A stretch of DNA of 64,000 bases from Candidatus Micrarchaeota archaeon (GTDB lineage: Archaea; B1Sed10-29; JAJRYS01). Position numbers and translations under genes: made by a program. Position 1 is the stretch's first letter. Every line of letters starts with the position of its first letter. Location: the NCBI GenBank assembly GCA_964496415.1, contig CAZBZN010000001.1:1-64000 (forward strand), in the 5' to 3' direction. Shown one piece after another: positions 1 through 10,200 of the stretch. Below the pieces are notes generated by a model that searched no databases, was not told the origin of the DNA, and saw only the letters and a program-made list of their open reading frames with translations.

Positions 1-416
1 ACAAGATTTCTTAGTATGCCTGCAAGCATGAAAAAGACCATTGGAATCTGTGCTATTGCCATTGCTCCGCCGATTATTCCGAACGCTCCTACTATTTCCC
101 CGAATTTTCCTTTTCCTTTGTAGTGGTTTGCTATGAATCTTAATATTCCTGCACATATCAAGAGACCAATTATGCTTATTGCTGCACCTGCTATCATTGT
201 CCCTATAATAGATCCTACCGCATATGCTGGTGAACCGTAAGTATTCGTAGTTGTTGCTATAGGAATACTTAGCAGCAGAAAACCTACCATCCCAAGTATT
301 GCTACTGATATTAAACCATCAGAGGTCGTCAGCTTCTTTTTCTGCAGTTTTTTTACTGTTTTTTCAGGTTCTGTTAAAAGCGTGAACCATGTTTTAATTA
401 TCTCAGTTGCTTTCAT
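1..416 (-). CDS. Yip1-like integral membrane protein (3' end runs off the window)
   Basis: Manually read ORF MKATEIIKTWFTLLTEPEKTVKKL..., followed by several hydrophobic helices; GAGGTGA SD upstream; not in the ORF track. Confidence 0.55.
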   Translation of the reverse strand, partial: MKATEIIKTWFTLLTEPEKTVKKLQKKKLTTSDGLISVAILGMVGFLLLSIPIATTTNTYGSPAYAVGSIIGTMIAGAAISIIGLLICAGILRFIANHYKGKGKFGEIVGAFGIIGGAMAIAQIPMVFFMLAGILRNL

Positions 417-457
417 TTTTTCACCTCGCCTTAGTTTTCTGAAAGAATAACTTCTTT

Positions 458-1666
458 TTATTCTTTTCCTATCAAAGTTTTTTCAATTATTTTTTTGATT
501 CTTTCTGCTGGAAAAGAAAGCCTTATAAGAGTCGTGTTTCCTCTTACTCCTTTCCCTGATAAAGTTGTTGTTATTAATCCAAGCATTTCAAGTTCTCCTA
601 AGTATTCCTTACACCATCTTGCTGTTCTAGGGTCTTTTCCAAGTTCATGGCATAATCTTTCATACCTTTCATATACTTCTCCAGTGTACAGCATTCTATC
701 TTCGTAGGTTCCGTCAAGCCTAGCGTATTTTCCAGCTTCTTTTGAAAGCAAGGCAATGCCATACAAGAGAATCTTCTCATGCTCTGGAAGAGTGTTTATT
801 AACTCATAAACTATTTCTTCTTCAACTTCTTTTCTGGCTTTTCTTACATGAGCTTCTGTTATCTTTTTAGCTTCTTCATGGTCAGCCACTTCCCCTGCTT
901 TTAATAGTAATTTTAAAGCATATCTTGCGTCTCCTGATTCCTGAGCAGCTAATGCTGCAGCATAGCTTAAAGCAGCTTCTTCAACAGCTCCTTTTTTAAA
1001 TCCTTTTTCTGCTCTTTGCTTTAAGATCTCTTTTAATTGTTCAGCATTGTAAGGAGCAAAAACCATTTCTTCTTCACATAAGGTTGACTTGCTTCTTGGG
1101 TCAAGCTTGGTTTTAAATCCAACGTCATTTGTTATTCCTATAAAACCAACATGGCCTGTTGAAATTTCATCATTAGTTCTTGTTAGAGTGTAAATTAAGT
1201 CATCAAGGTCTTTTACTTTGTCTAATTCATCAAGCACTATTACTAAGTTTAATTGCTTTGTTTCCACAGCTTTTATCAGTTTGTCAACAAGATGCTGGAA
1301 AGGATAACCAAGTAATGTTTCTTCAGGGTAAAAATGCTCAACGCATTTCATGAGAACCTGGTATTTTGTCTTGGTTATCCTGCAGTTTATATAAACAGCG
1401 TCAACTTTTGCGTCATACTTTTCCTTAACATTTAAAAGTTTTTCAATCACGTGCTTTGTTGAAGCAGTTTTTCCAGTGCCTGTTTTTCCATAAATAAACA
1501 AGTTATTGAATCTCTTTCCTTTCAACGCAGGTGCGAGTGTCTTCATTATTTTTTCTATTTCCTTTTCCCTGAAAGGCAGCTCGTCAGGCAAGTAATGAGG
1601 GCTTAAGACGTTTCTGTCAAGAAAAACTGTTTCTTTTGCCAGTTCTTTTTCAAAAATATCTTCCAC
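458..1666 (-). CDS. cdc6: Orc1/Cdc6 replication initiator
   Basis: Walker A GKTGTGKT, Walker B IVLDELD, GDAR sensor, C-terminal winged helix; GTG start with GGAGG. Confidence 0.95.
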   Translation of the reverse strand: MEDIFEKELAKETVFLDRNVLSPHYLPDELPFREKEIEKIMKTLAPALKGKRFNNLFIYGKTGTGKTASTKHVIEKLLNVKEKYDAKVDAVYINCRITKTKYQVLMKCVEHFYPEETLLGYPFQHLVDKLIKAVETKQLNLVIVLDELDKVKDLDDLIYTLTRTNDEISTGHVGFIGITNDVGFKTKLDPRSKSTLCEEEMVFAPYNAEQLKEILKQRAEKGFKKGAVEEAALSYAAALAAQESGDARYALKLLLKAGEVADHEEAKKITEAHVRKARKEVEEEIVYELINTLPEHEKILLYGIALLSKEAGKYARLDGTYEDRMLYTGEVYERYERLCHELGKDPRTARWCKEYLGELEMLGLITTTLSGKGVRGNTTLIRLSFPAERIKKIIEKTLIGKE

Positions 1667-1764
1667 GAAAAAGCCTCCGCAACAATTAAGTTAAAATATG
1701 GGAAGGTGCTTAATTCTTATAAACTTATGAACTATCAATAATAAAAACTTTAGGAGGTTGCAAA

Positions 1765-2118
1765 ATGGTGGGCATACTGGAGAAGTTTAAAGTTGGCGGA
1801 AAGCAAGAAGTTGATATTGAAGAATACTTAGACACTCTTGGATTAGAAGAAGACGATCTTTTAGTAGAGCATGCTGACATGTGGGTAAGGCCGATGGCTT
1901 TAGAAACAGTGTCTGACGTGGATAAGATAACATCAGAGCTTAGGAAAGGCAATATTGTGATACTGAATATTGAGCCTTTGTTTAAGAGAAATGCAATAAA
2001 ACTCAGACAAACTATTTCAGAACTTAAAGGGACTGTGCAGGACATTAATGGTGACATTGCAAGGCTTTCAGAGCATAAGTTGATCCTGACTCCTTCAGGA
2101 GTTAAGATTTCAAAGTAA
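1765..2118 (+). CDS. sepF: Archaeal cell division protein SepF
   Basis: N-terminal amphipathic helix; ELRKGNIVILNI and GDIARLSE...LTPSGVKI core motifs. Confidence 0.85.
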   Translation: MVGILEKFKVGGKQEVDIEEYLDTLGLEEDDLLVEHADMWVRPMALETVSDVDKITSELRKGNIVILNIEPLFKRNAIKLRQTISELKGTVQDINGDIARLSEHKLILTPSGVKISK

Positions 2119-2145
2119 GGCGCTTGGCGCCTTTGAGGGCTGCTT

Positions 2146-2925
2146 ATGATTTTAGAAAGCCCAGCCCTTGTGTTAAATATTCGGATGCAGGATGTTCTTG
2201 ACATTCTTGAAAGCACTCTTGAAGAAAGAAACTGGCTTCATTTTGACTTAGTTAACATGAAACTCCAGTATGTCCCTTATTATCTTTTTAATTACGACGT
2301 GTTGTTAGAGCAGAAGGTTCAGGACCAGACTTTTTCTCAGGGTTTTTCAGGCTTAATGGCTATGAATGCCATTGATGGAAAGCTTGAGCCAGTATTGACT
2401 CAGATAATAGAGCAACAGCCTGTTGATTATGAGAGGAAGATAAGCCATGATTTGAAGTTTGAAGTAATGCAACCAGCACTTAGAGGAGATGAAGCTAAGA
2501 AAACAGCTGTGTTAAAACTTGCTGGGCAATTTAATGTTGGCAAGGATAATGTTGCAGTGACTGGTTTTAGAATGGTTTATTGGCCTATTTGGAAGGTTTT
2601 TGTCACTTTGCCTAATAAGAAGATTCAAAGGATTTTGATTGACGGTGTTGCTGGTTATCCTTTAAACATTCAGGAAGTGCCTGAAAGAGAACCTACTTGG
2701 ATTGAAATAACTCAAGAGACTTTTGAAAAGCTTAAAACCCCTAGTGGTTGGGCTGAATTGTCTAAGAAAGCATTTAAGGTTACTGCAAGTGTCTTTAAAG
2801 GAGCAACAGGTAAGAAAGAGAAATCAAAAGCAGGCTCTGCTTCTGCATGGCTTTTTCACTCAAAGTACGGCAGGTGGACTTTATTAGCTGTATTAATTTT
2901 AATTCTTATTTTAGTTTTATTGTAG
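2146..2925 (+). CDS. Hypothetical protein with C-terminal membrane anchor
   Basis: 259-aa ORF, repeated YxP(Y/I)(Y/W) motifs, terminal hydrophobic helix. Confidence 0.6.
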   Translation: MILESPALVLNIRMQDVLDILESTLEERNWLHFDLVNMKLQYVPYYLFNYDVLLEQKVQDQTFSQGFSGLMAMNAIDGKLEPVLTQIIEQQPVDYERKISHDLKFEVMQPALRGDEAKKTAVLKLAGQFNVGKDNVAVTGFRMVYWPIWKVFVTLPNKKIQRILIDGVAGYPLNIQEVPEREPTWIEITQETFEKLKTPSGWAELSKKAFKVTASVFKGATGKKEKSKAGSASAWLFHSKYGRWTLLAVLILILILVLL

Positions 2926-2967
2926 AACGACTAAAAGTTTTAAACCAGCAGTGTTTTTTAATTAACC

Positions 2968-4827
2968 ATGCCAAAGCTTCAGAAGCTAATAACACCCAAA
3001 GTAATGCTTGTTTTAACTATTAATGCAGTAATGGGTACTGGTATTCTTTTTCTTCCTGCGATTGGTGTTAGGATAAGTCATGCTTCTTCCTTGTTAGCAT
3101 GGGTCATTGTTTCAGTAATGGCTGTGATTACTTCTACTTATTTTTCAGAGCTCGTTTCAGCTTTTCCCAAAGCAGGAGGAGTTTATGAGTTTTCAAGACA
3201 AGCCTTCGGCGGGTTTTTTTCCTTTCTGGTCGGTTGGGTTGCTTTAATTGTTTGTGACATAACAATCGCAATGCTTATAATTGGAGGAATTTACTATTTA
3301 CTCCCAGAAGCCACTGCTTTGACAAAGATAATAATCTCTCTTTTTATAATACTAGTTTTCAGTTATGTTACTTTAAAAGGAGTAAAATCAAGTGTAAGGG
3401 TGTTGTTATTTTTTTCAGCTTTAACACTTGGTTTGCTTGCCTTTTTAGCTTTTTCAGGATTGTTAGTTGGAGATTATTCAAAACTAAGCGCGGTTACTCA
3501 GGTTTCTCTTGTTAATTTTTTAGTCACAATGTTTTTGATTTCAGAGAATTTTTTCGGCTGGGAGACAACTACTTTTTTAGCTGAAGAAACAAGTGATGTT
3601 AGCAAGCTTCCAAGAATAATAGTGCTTGCAACAGCAATAATGGCTGTGATTACTTTGGTGATAGTTGTTGCTACAATAATTAATTCTTCGCCTGAAATTT
3701 TTTACTCTAATGCTCCTCTTGCTGTTTTGGCTGAAGATGCTTTTGGAAGCACAGGTTTTCTTGTTTCAAGAGTATGGGCTTTTCTTGTGATAATGGGTTC
3801 TGTTGCTGGTTGGATTGTTGCTGCGCCAAGGCTAATTCTTGCCATGAGCAGGGATAATGCCTTCATTTATGGTTTTGAAGAACTTCATGAAAAATACTCT
3901 ACGCCATTCAAAGCAATATACTTACAAGCTGTTTTATCTTCTATAATAGTAATAGCTGGTCTTGGAACTTATGAAATCTTATTAGAGCTTCTTCTTCCTT
4001 TAGTGCTTTTTGTTTATTCTGCAGTCATAATTGCTGCTTTGAAGCTAAGGAATAGGAAGGATTACAAGCCTACTTATAAGTCTCCTTTTGGAAGTGTTGG
4101 AGCTTACTTAGTTATTGTTTTTAACTTGGTCCTGTTCTTGTCATGGCTTGCTTTTACTGAAGAAGCTTTAAGCGCAGTAACAATAGGCTCTGTGTTTATC
4201 TTATTAGGTTTTCCAGTGTATCTTTTAGTGAGATTGCAGGATAAGAGGTTTGTTGAGAAGTTTTTTGATTTTTTTTCATGGCTTGATGATTTGACCATGA
4301 GTTTTTGGGTTTCTGACCAAGACATTTTGCTAATGCTGAAGAATGCTGAAATAAAGAAGGGGGATGTGGTTCTTGATTATGGCTGTGGAACAGGAAAAAG
4401 GATAAAAAAAGTTTCAAGAAGAGTGGGAAATGGAAAGGTAGTTGCTTTAGATGTTTCAATAAAACAACTTGATAAGAGTGTTAAGAGAGCTAAAAAGGAG
4501 AAATTAGGTAATGTTATTTTCTTAAAAGAGGGTTATGAGAGGGTTAAGTTCCCTAAGAATACTTTTGATGCCATAATTTCAGTAAGTGTGTTGTCTTATC
4601 AGAAAGACCCGTTAGAGCTTTTAAGAGAATTCAGGAAGATGCTTAAGAAAGACGGAAGGCTTAGTTTGATTGAGTTTGGCAAGATTTTGATTTTCAACCA
4701 GCCATGGTTTTTAAGGAATAAAGAAACAGTAGAGGAATTGTTTAAGATAGCTGGTTTTTCAAAAGTTAAAGTCATTGAAAAAAGAAAGCATCTTTCAACA
4801 TACTATTTTATAAAAGCAGTTCCTTAA
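2968..4827 (+). CDS. APC-family amino acid permease fused to a class I SAM-dependent methyltransferase
   Basis: GTGI, ELVSAFPKAGGVY, PRLILAMSRD and HEKYSTP APC motifs with ~12 TM helices; C-terminal VVLDYGCGTG and FDAII methyltransferase motifs in the same frame. Confidence 0.85.
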   Translation: MPKLQKLITPKVMLVLTINAVMGTGILFLPAIGVRISHASSLLAWVIVSVMAVITSTYFSELVSAFPKAGGVYEFSRQAFGGFFSFLVGWVALIVCDITIAMLIIGGIYYLLPEATALTKIIISLFIILVFSYVTLKGVKSSVRVLLFFSALTLGLLAFLAFSGLLVGDYSKLSAVTQVSLVNFLVTMFLISENFFGWETTTFLAEETSDVSKLPRIIVLATAIMAVITLVIVVATIINSSPEIFYSNAPLAVLAEDAFGSTGFLVSRVWAFLVIMGSVAGWIVAAPRLILAMSRDNAFIYGFEELHEKYSTPFKAIYLQAVLSSIIVIAGLGTYEILLELLLPLVLFVYSAVIIAALKLRNRKDYKPTYKSPFGSVGAYLVIVFNLVLFLSWLAFTEEALSAVTIGSVFILLGFPVYLLVRLQDKRFVEKFFDFFSWLDDLTMSFWVSDQDILLMLKNAEIKKGDVVLDYGCGTGKRIKKVSRRVGNGKVVALDVSIKQLDKSVKRAKKEKLGNVIFLKEGYERVKFPKNTFDAIISVSVLSYQKDPLELLREFRKMLKKDGRLSLIEFGKILIFNQPWFLRNKETVEELFKIAGFSKVKVIEKRKHLSTYYFIKAVP

Positions 4828-4836
4828 CATTACTTC

Positions 4837-5301
4837 ATGAAAGCAAAGGATATAATGACTAAAAGAGTGGTGACAGTTAGTCCTGATGAAAACGTGTTAA
4901 AAGTAATAAAGTTATTTGTAAAGCATAAGATAAGCGGAGTTCCAGTTGTGAAGAACAATAAACCTGTTGGGATAGTTACTGAGTCTGACATAATAAGAAG
5001 CCTTAATGTTTTTGAGAACAAAATAGTCTTTACTAATTCTCCCTTGTTTGTTTTAATAGCCGCAGGAGTAAAGTATAAAAACAAGTCAAAGCAGTTGGAA
5101 AAAGAAATGAAGGCCCTTGAAGGATTAAAAGTTAAAGACGTCATGACTAAGAATCCAATAGCAGTAACTCAAGAAGCAGACTTGTTTGATGTTATTAAAG
5201 TGATGAGCAAAAACAACATAAACAGGGTTTTGGTTGTTGATTCTAAAAAGAAACTTAAAGGGATAATAGCAAGAGAAGACATAATAAGAGCCTTAGCCTG
5301 A
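4837..5301 (+). CDS. CBS-domain pair protein
   Basis: Two CBS repeats (KDIMT...ISGVPVV...GIVTESD; KDVMT...GIIARED). Confidence 0.9.
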   Translation: MKAKDIMTKRVVTVSPDENVLKVIKLFVKHKISGVPVVKNNKPVGIVTESDIIRSLNVFENKIVFTNSPLFVLIAAGVKYKNKSKQLEKEMKALEGLKVKDVMTKNPIAVTQEADLFDVIKVMSKNNINRVLVVDSKKKLKGIIAREDIIRALA

Positions 5302-8300
5302 TTAAATGAAGTCAGCAAGAGAGGCTTGTGCTTTGTCTTCTTGTTCTTCTTCACTGCTTTTGAAAATTTCCTCAATATCTGTTTCTATTAGTTTCAGCCT
5401 CTGCTTTAAGTAATCTGTTAAATTGTATTTTTCAGCTATCTCTTGGGATACTTTTAAGTATTTTTCAATCCCACCTTTATGAATTGTTAAAATTATTTTT
5501 CCACCGCACTTCGTGCATTTTCCAACCAATGGAACCCTCCGGTATTTTGCATTGCAGTCAACGCAACGGAATAATTGTTGTCCAAAAGAACGTAAGTTAC
5601 CATAAATATCTCTTAAAAAGTGTGAGTTTATCACTTTTTCAGCCACGTCTTTTTCATCCACTGCTCTTATTTTTTCAGCAAGTTGAAGTTGTTTTTCAAC
5701 TTTTTCAGCCATTGTCTTTATTTTGCTATAAGAAGTCATTGAGGGGCCTTCGTCAATTTGTTTAGTGTCAAACATGAAGTCAATTCCTTCAAGGGCTTTT
5801 CTTGTTCCAAGAAAGTCTTTTATGATGGGGATGTGGGTTTTTATTTTTGAGTTTTGTGATTCTTCATAGAATTCTATTGGAAGCTTGCATGTTTCAATGT
5901 CATGTGCTTGGTCATCAACTTCTTCTGGCCTTAAAGTTATTGTCAATACGGATATTACGTCTTCTGTTCCTCCTGGTTTTTCTGGAATGTACTTTCTTGA
6001 AAAGTTTATCAAAGCATCAAGGAGAAGCACGACTGAGTTTTCATCGCCATCACAGTCTCTTCTTGTGGCGCAATGCATTAATGGATGAGCATAAAGTCCT
6101 CTTGCCTTTGAGAATCCAACTATTCTTCCAAGAATACCTGCAGAAATATGCGGCGCCATTTCAACAACCAAATGCCCTATTAAGTCTTCTTTTTTCTTCA
6201 CGTTATAAAAGGCTGGAAGCCCGTATACTTTTTCCAGCATTTCGTCAATGAACTGACTTACTCTTACAAAATAGTCAGCAGCAGCTTCTGGAATAACAAT
6301 ATCCTGCGGGAATAACTCAACTACTTGGTCTTCTCTTTCAAGTTTTTCACCAATATAATCAGTTTCATACCCCAATTCCCTTAGTTTTTCTACACTTACG
6401 TTTATCTCGTAAGGTTTGAAATGGGTTAATGGAAGGTTAGTAGCATCAAACCTTGAAGTAGCATCTTTAAAACAGAAGACGTTATGCGCTGCTCTTAAGA
6501 AAGCTTTTTCTAATGGTTCAAAATACTTTTCAGCGTTAGTAGTTCCTATGACCCCTTTTACTTTTTCAGGTACTGAAATACCTTTTTTCCTGAGTTGCTC
6601 TATTGCTTTTTTTAAGTTTATTATTTTCTTTTTGTAAGGTAATGTTTTACCCCCACACTTTGGACATGTTTCTGAGTCACTTACTGCCCCGCATTTAGAA
6701 CAGATTCTTCTTATCAAAGCTCTTTCATTACACTCAGGGCACTTGTAACTCATTAATTCTTTACCACATTTAGGGCAGACCAAAAAAGGAGCGTCCACTA
6801 TTATTTTTTCATTTTCAGCTGCTTTTATTATGTTCCTCATTTTGCCGCCATAATCCCTTACTGGGAACAATCCATGCACTGGAGGGCTCATTTTTCTTTC
6901 TTTTGCTTTTTCAGGCCTCCCCATTCTTGTTCCAATGTAACAAGTGCTCTTTTTGTAAATTTTAAACCCTGCAAGCTTGTTAACAAAGTCCATAGAGTCC
7001 TTTGCTTGTTCAAATACTTTTCTTATTTCTTCTTCTGGTTTTTTTATTCCCAAGCTTTCGATTAGAGGCTCACAGTCTTCAATTATTACAAACTCATCTC
7101 TTAGTTTATGAGGTACACAGAGAAGCTCAAGGATTCTTTTTTCCTCACTCACTCTCACAGCCAGTCTTTTTTTCACCCCTTCAAAACTTTCAATTTCTTC
7201 TACCTCTCCTTTTTTAAGCCAGAAAATGAGTTTTAGCAAGTCTTCTTTTGACACATCATGGTAGAAATAAGTGAATTTTGGATGAAGTGGAAGGCCTCTT
7301 TCTTTTGAAAGTTTCAAGGCTTCATCAGAAGTAATCTGCCAAGCATTTGTTTTTATTCCTTTACTCTCAGCGATCATCTGCCACCATTCCTCACAAATAG
7401 GGGAAGGAATTATAGGGTGATTCGCGTTAATGAAATCCCCATAACTCACAAGCATATCCCCTAAAAATAAAATTTCTTCTATTTCTTCTCTTACTCTTGC
7501 TGCTTTTTCGACGTTATCAACAATGATTACATCACCATTCTTCAACCTTACTACTGGCGGTTCTATTGAGTCACATGGTACTACAGCACAGCCTTTCTTA
7601 GGACGTTCAACTTTGAACTGTGTTCCGACAGCAGGGAATTCATCAAGCACGTACATTGCAGCAGGATGAATCGCTCTTGCGTTTATCCCAGTGTTCCTAG
7701 CACGCCCATACCTTAACCTAAACCCTCCAGGTCTTGAAGGATAAGAAAAAATCGGCCTACCGCCTACTACTTCTTTTAAATACTTGTCAATAGGCTTTAT
7801 TTCTTCTTTTTCAGAAGAAGTTTTTGTTATTTTCACTAAGCCTTCAAGCCAATCCCAGCCAAGCTCAAGTTTTTTTGAAATCTTCAAAAGCTTCGGAGCT
7901 TTTTGTGCAAGGGACTCAGCCATTACTAAGCACATTCCACCCCTCACTTTGTTAGTAGGCACTCTTTTCAGGTTTCTGTTAACACTTACTTCAACTTGTG
8001 AAGTGCTATCACCAGTAACACAAACAGGACAGTTTTTAACTATGTGCCTGATGTCTTCTTCTTTTGGAAGATACTGAAGCCTTGAAATAGCGCTGTTATA
8101 AAGGAAGATTTCTTCAACGTACCTGTCTATTTCTTTTTCAGTTGGCTTATACCTGTCAAGCCCTAGTTTTTTCCTCACGTAATCAGCCAGCATTGCAGCA
8201 TAACCGCCAGCAGTACCCCCTGCAGACCTTATCGGGCTCGCGAAGAATATTGCTAAGTATTTTGAGCCGTCTTCATTTTCCTGGATTTCAACCCTGCTTA

Positions 8301-8658
8301 TTCCTTCTGTTCCGGCAACAACTATTCCTTCAGTAAGAAGAGTTATTGCTGTTCTTATGGCTTGTTCTCCTAGTTTTATTTTTTCATCTTTTCCAAATCT
8401 TCCTTCAAGAATCTCATCAATTATTCTCAACGCTGTCTTGTCACGGTCTTTTTTTTCTTCTTCCATCAGTTCTCTTATTCTTTTAGCACAGCCTTTTGGG
8501 CCAACTAGTTTTTCAACTCTATCAGCTAAATCTTCAGCTTGTCCTATTTCAATAAAAGGAAGAGGGTCAATTCCTTTAGCTTTTGCTTCAGAAGCTACTT
8601 GAAATGCTTTATCTTTCTCTTTTATTAAGGCTTTAATGCAGTTATCATAATTACTCAT
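5302..8658 (-). CDS. polC: DNA polymerase D large subunit DP2
   Basis: PIRSAGGT, GGFRLRYGR, RMGRPEK and CDGDE motifs, Zn-finger clusters; no intein. Confidence 0.97.
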   Translation of the reverse strand: MSNYDNCIKALIKEKDKAFQVASEAKAKGIDPLPFIEIGQAEDLADRVEKLVGPKGCAKRIRELMEEEKKDRDKTALRIIDEILEGRFGKDEKIKLGEQAIRTAITLLTEGIVVAGTEGISRVEIQENEDGSKYLAIFFASPIRSAGGTAGGYAAMLADYVRKKLGLDRYKPTEKEIDRYVEEIFLYNSAISRLQYLPKEEDIRHIVKNCPVCVTGDSTSQVEVSVNRNLKRVPTNKVRGGMCLVMAESLAQKAPKLLKISKKLELGWDWLEGLVKITKTSSEKEEIKPIDKYLKEVVGGRPIFSYPSRPGGFRLRYGRARNTGINARAIHPAAMYVLDEFPAVGTQFKVERPKKGCAVVPCDSIEPPVVRLKNGDVIIVDNVEKAARVREEIEEILFLGDMLVSYGDFINANHPIIPSPICEEWWQMIAESKGIKTNAWQITSDEALKLSKERGLPLHPKFTYFYHDVSKEDLLKLIFWLKKGEVEEIESFEGVKKRLAVRVSEEKRILELLCVPHKLRDEFVIIEDCEPLIESLGIKKPEEEIRKVFEQAKDSMDFVNKLAGFKIYKKSTCYIGTRMGRPEKAKERKMSPPVHGLFPVRDYGGKMRNIIKAAENEKIIVDAPFLVCPKCGKELMSYKCPECNERALIRRICSKCGAVSDSETCPKCGGKTLPYKKKIINLKKAIEQLRKKGISVPEKVKGVIGTTNAEKYFEPLEKAFLRAAHNVFCFKDATSRFDATNLPLTHFKPYEINVSVEKLRELGYETDYIGEKLEREDQVVELFPQDIVIPEAAADYFVRVSQFIDEMLEKVYGLPAFYNVKKKEDLIGHLVVEMAPHISAGILGRIVGFSKARGLYAHPLMHCATRRDCDGDENSVVLLLDALINFSRKYIPEKPGGTEDVISVLTITLRPEEVDDQAHDIETCKLPIEFYEESQNSKIKTHIPIIKDFLGTRKALEGIDFMFDTKQIDEGPSMTSYSKIKTMAEKVEKQLQLAEKIRAVDEKDVAEKVINSHFLRDIYGNLRSFGQQLFRCVDCNAKYRRVPLVGKCTKCGGKIILTIHKGGIEKYLKVSQEIAEKYNLTDYLKQRLKLIETDIEEIFKSSEEEQEDKAQASLADFI

Positions 8659-8659
8659 T

Positions 8660-10093
8660 TTAAAACCTCATAATGCTTATTTTACCTTCTTTAGCCATCA
8701 AGATCGGAAGAACTCCTGGCGTTGCCTTATGCCCTTGTTTTATCTGGTAAGGAGTGATCTGCTGCCAAGTACCAGAGTTCACTGCTATCACTCCCTTATA
8801 TGTTGTAGTATTAGTGTTATGAGTCTCGCCGCAGTGAAAAACATCAGGCTCTTCTTCTATTACCATGATGTCTTCTTTTTCAGGCGTGATTGGTTTTCCA
8901 CCATAAAAAGGATGCACGTGTCTTCTTTTAAGCATTTCAACCATCATTTCAGAACCACGTTCAAAACTACAGCCAGGCACGTGGTTGATGAAGTCAATAA
9001 AACTTGTTCCATGATATACTAAAAATTTTAATCCATGGACTTCAGCTCTTCCAGGACTACCTATCAAATAAAAGTTATCATACTTATAAAGTCTTGGAAC
9101 TAACTCTTTCGGAAGCTTCTGCTGAGGGTCAGCTGTCTTCACAGCATCATGATTGCCAGGAGCCACTAAGACTTTTATATGCTCTGGGATTTGAAGCAGG
9201 TAATCTTCAAGCATCTCGTACTGTTTAAAAATATCTTCCTCTTCTAACTCTTCTTCTTGTCCAGGATAAATTCCTATCCCATCAACAAGGTCTCCTGCAA
9301 GAGAAATATAAGCTACTTTTTCAGCTAGTCTTTTTTGCTTTTCATCTCCTCTTTTTCCGTTAAGCCAAGCAATGAATTTCTCAAAGCTTTCTTTTAAGAA
9401 GAGCTTGTTCCCCACGTGAATGTCTGAGCTTAACACAATTGCAATATCCTCTTCTGTTTTTTTAATTTCTTGCTTTTTAACATCAGGCTGAATTAGATTA
9501 TTTGCAATGAACAGCCTATTACGGTATCTTCCGTCAACAGCAATTACTTCGTCGGGCATTAGCCTTATAGCTTTTTCAATAAGGTTTTTGTTACTTGCTG
9601 GAAAAAGAATAGTTATTTGATCACTTAGGTCTTCTGCTTCAACAATTATATGCTTGTTTTTAGTAGTTCTTTTGTCATTAACTATCACGCAGATTCTTGT
9701 TTCCCTATCACCCTGTTTTGCTTTTTCAACAGAAGTAATACTGTTTCCTCTTTGCTCAAGAATGGCTTTTATTTTCTCATACCTGCTCCTGAAGAACTCT
9801 ACAAAGTCTTCTACTTTCCCTTTTGCTTTAGGAAGTTCTTTTTCCTTAACAATTATCTTTGTTTCTATTTCCTTAGCTATTGGCCTAAAATCAGTCCTCT
9901 CAACTTTGACTTCAATTATCTCTTTCACTTTTTCTTTTTTCTCTTCAAGAATTTCAGGAGTTATTATCGTAGAATCTGAGGAAAGAATCTTAGTCATTAG
10001 TTCATCAAAATCAGAGTGCCTTCTTATGATTTCAAGAGCCTCTGGAGTGATTAAGTAACCTTTTTCAGTTATTTTTTTTATGAACTCATCCAT
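8660..10093 (-). CDS. polB: DNA polymerase D small (exonuclease) subunit DP1
   Basis: SDIHVG, AGDLVDG, PGNHD and YHG phosphoesterase motifs; start placed at ATG 10093 (MDEFIKK) rather than the ORF-track start. Confidence 0.93.
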   Translation of the reverse strand: MDEFIKKITEKGYLITPEALEIIRRHSDFDELMTKILSSDSTIITPEILEEKKEKVKEIIEVKVERTDFRPIAKEIETKIIVKEKELPKAKGKVEDFVEFFRSRYEKIKAILEQRGNSITSVEKAKQGDRETRICVIVNDKRTTKNKHIIVEAEDLSDQITILFPASNKNLIEKAIRLMPDEVIAVDGRYRNRLFIANNLIQPDVKKQEIKKTEEDIAIVLSSDIHVGNKLFLKESFEKFIAWLNGKRGDEKQKRLAEKVAYISLAGDLVDGIGIYPGQEEELEEEDIFKQYEMLEDYLLQIPEHIKVLVAPGNHDAVKTADPQQKLPKELVPRLYKYDNFYLIGSPGRAEVHGLKFLVYHGTSFIDFINHVPGCSFERGSEMMVEMLKRRHVHPFYGGKPITPEKEDIMVIEEEPDVFHCGETHNTNTTTYKGVIAVNSGTWQQITPYQIKQGHKATPGVLPILMAKEGKISIMRF

Positions 10094-10108
10094 TAGACCA
10101 CTCTCTCC

Positions 10109-10168
10109 AGGCAGCCCGCGGGCTTCGCACGCCTTCATTTCGCTGAACTGCCTTGTAAAAAACAAGGC
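10109..10168 (-). promoter_or_regulatory. Structured GC-rich 5' leader of the PolD operon
   Basis: AGGCAGTTC/GGGCTGCCT stem with inner stems; competing GCCTTGT/ACAAGGC hairpin; TTTATA box at about 10192-10197. Confidence 0.45.
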
Positions 10169-10200
10169 TGTTAATTTTTGGAATGTCAAAGTATAAATTG

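Noticed and set aside
1667..1764. Replication origin next to cdc6
   Set aside because: The gap is under 100 bp, shows no recognisable ORB repeats and is explained by divergent promoters
5302..8658. Inteins in DP2, Cdc6, aIF5B or RtcB (common insertion hosts)
   Set aside because: Protein lengths are normal and no intein splice or LAGLIDADG motifs are visible
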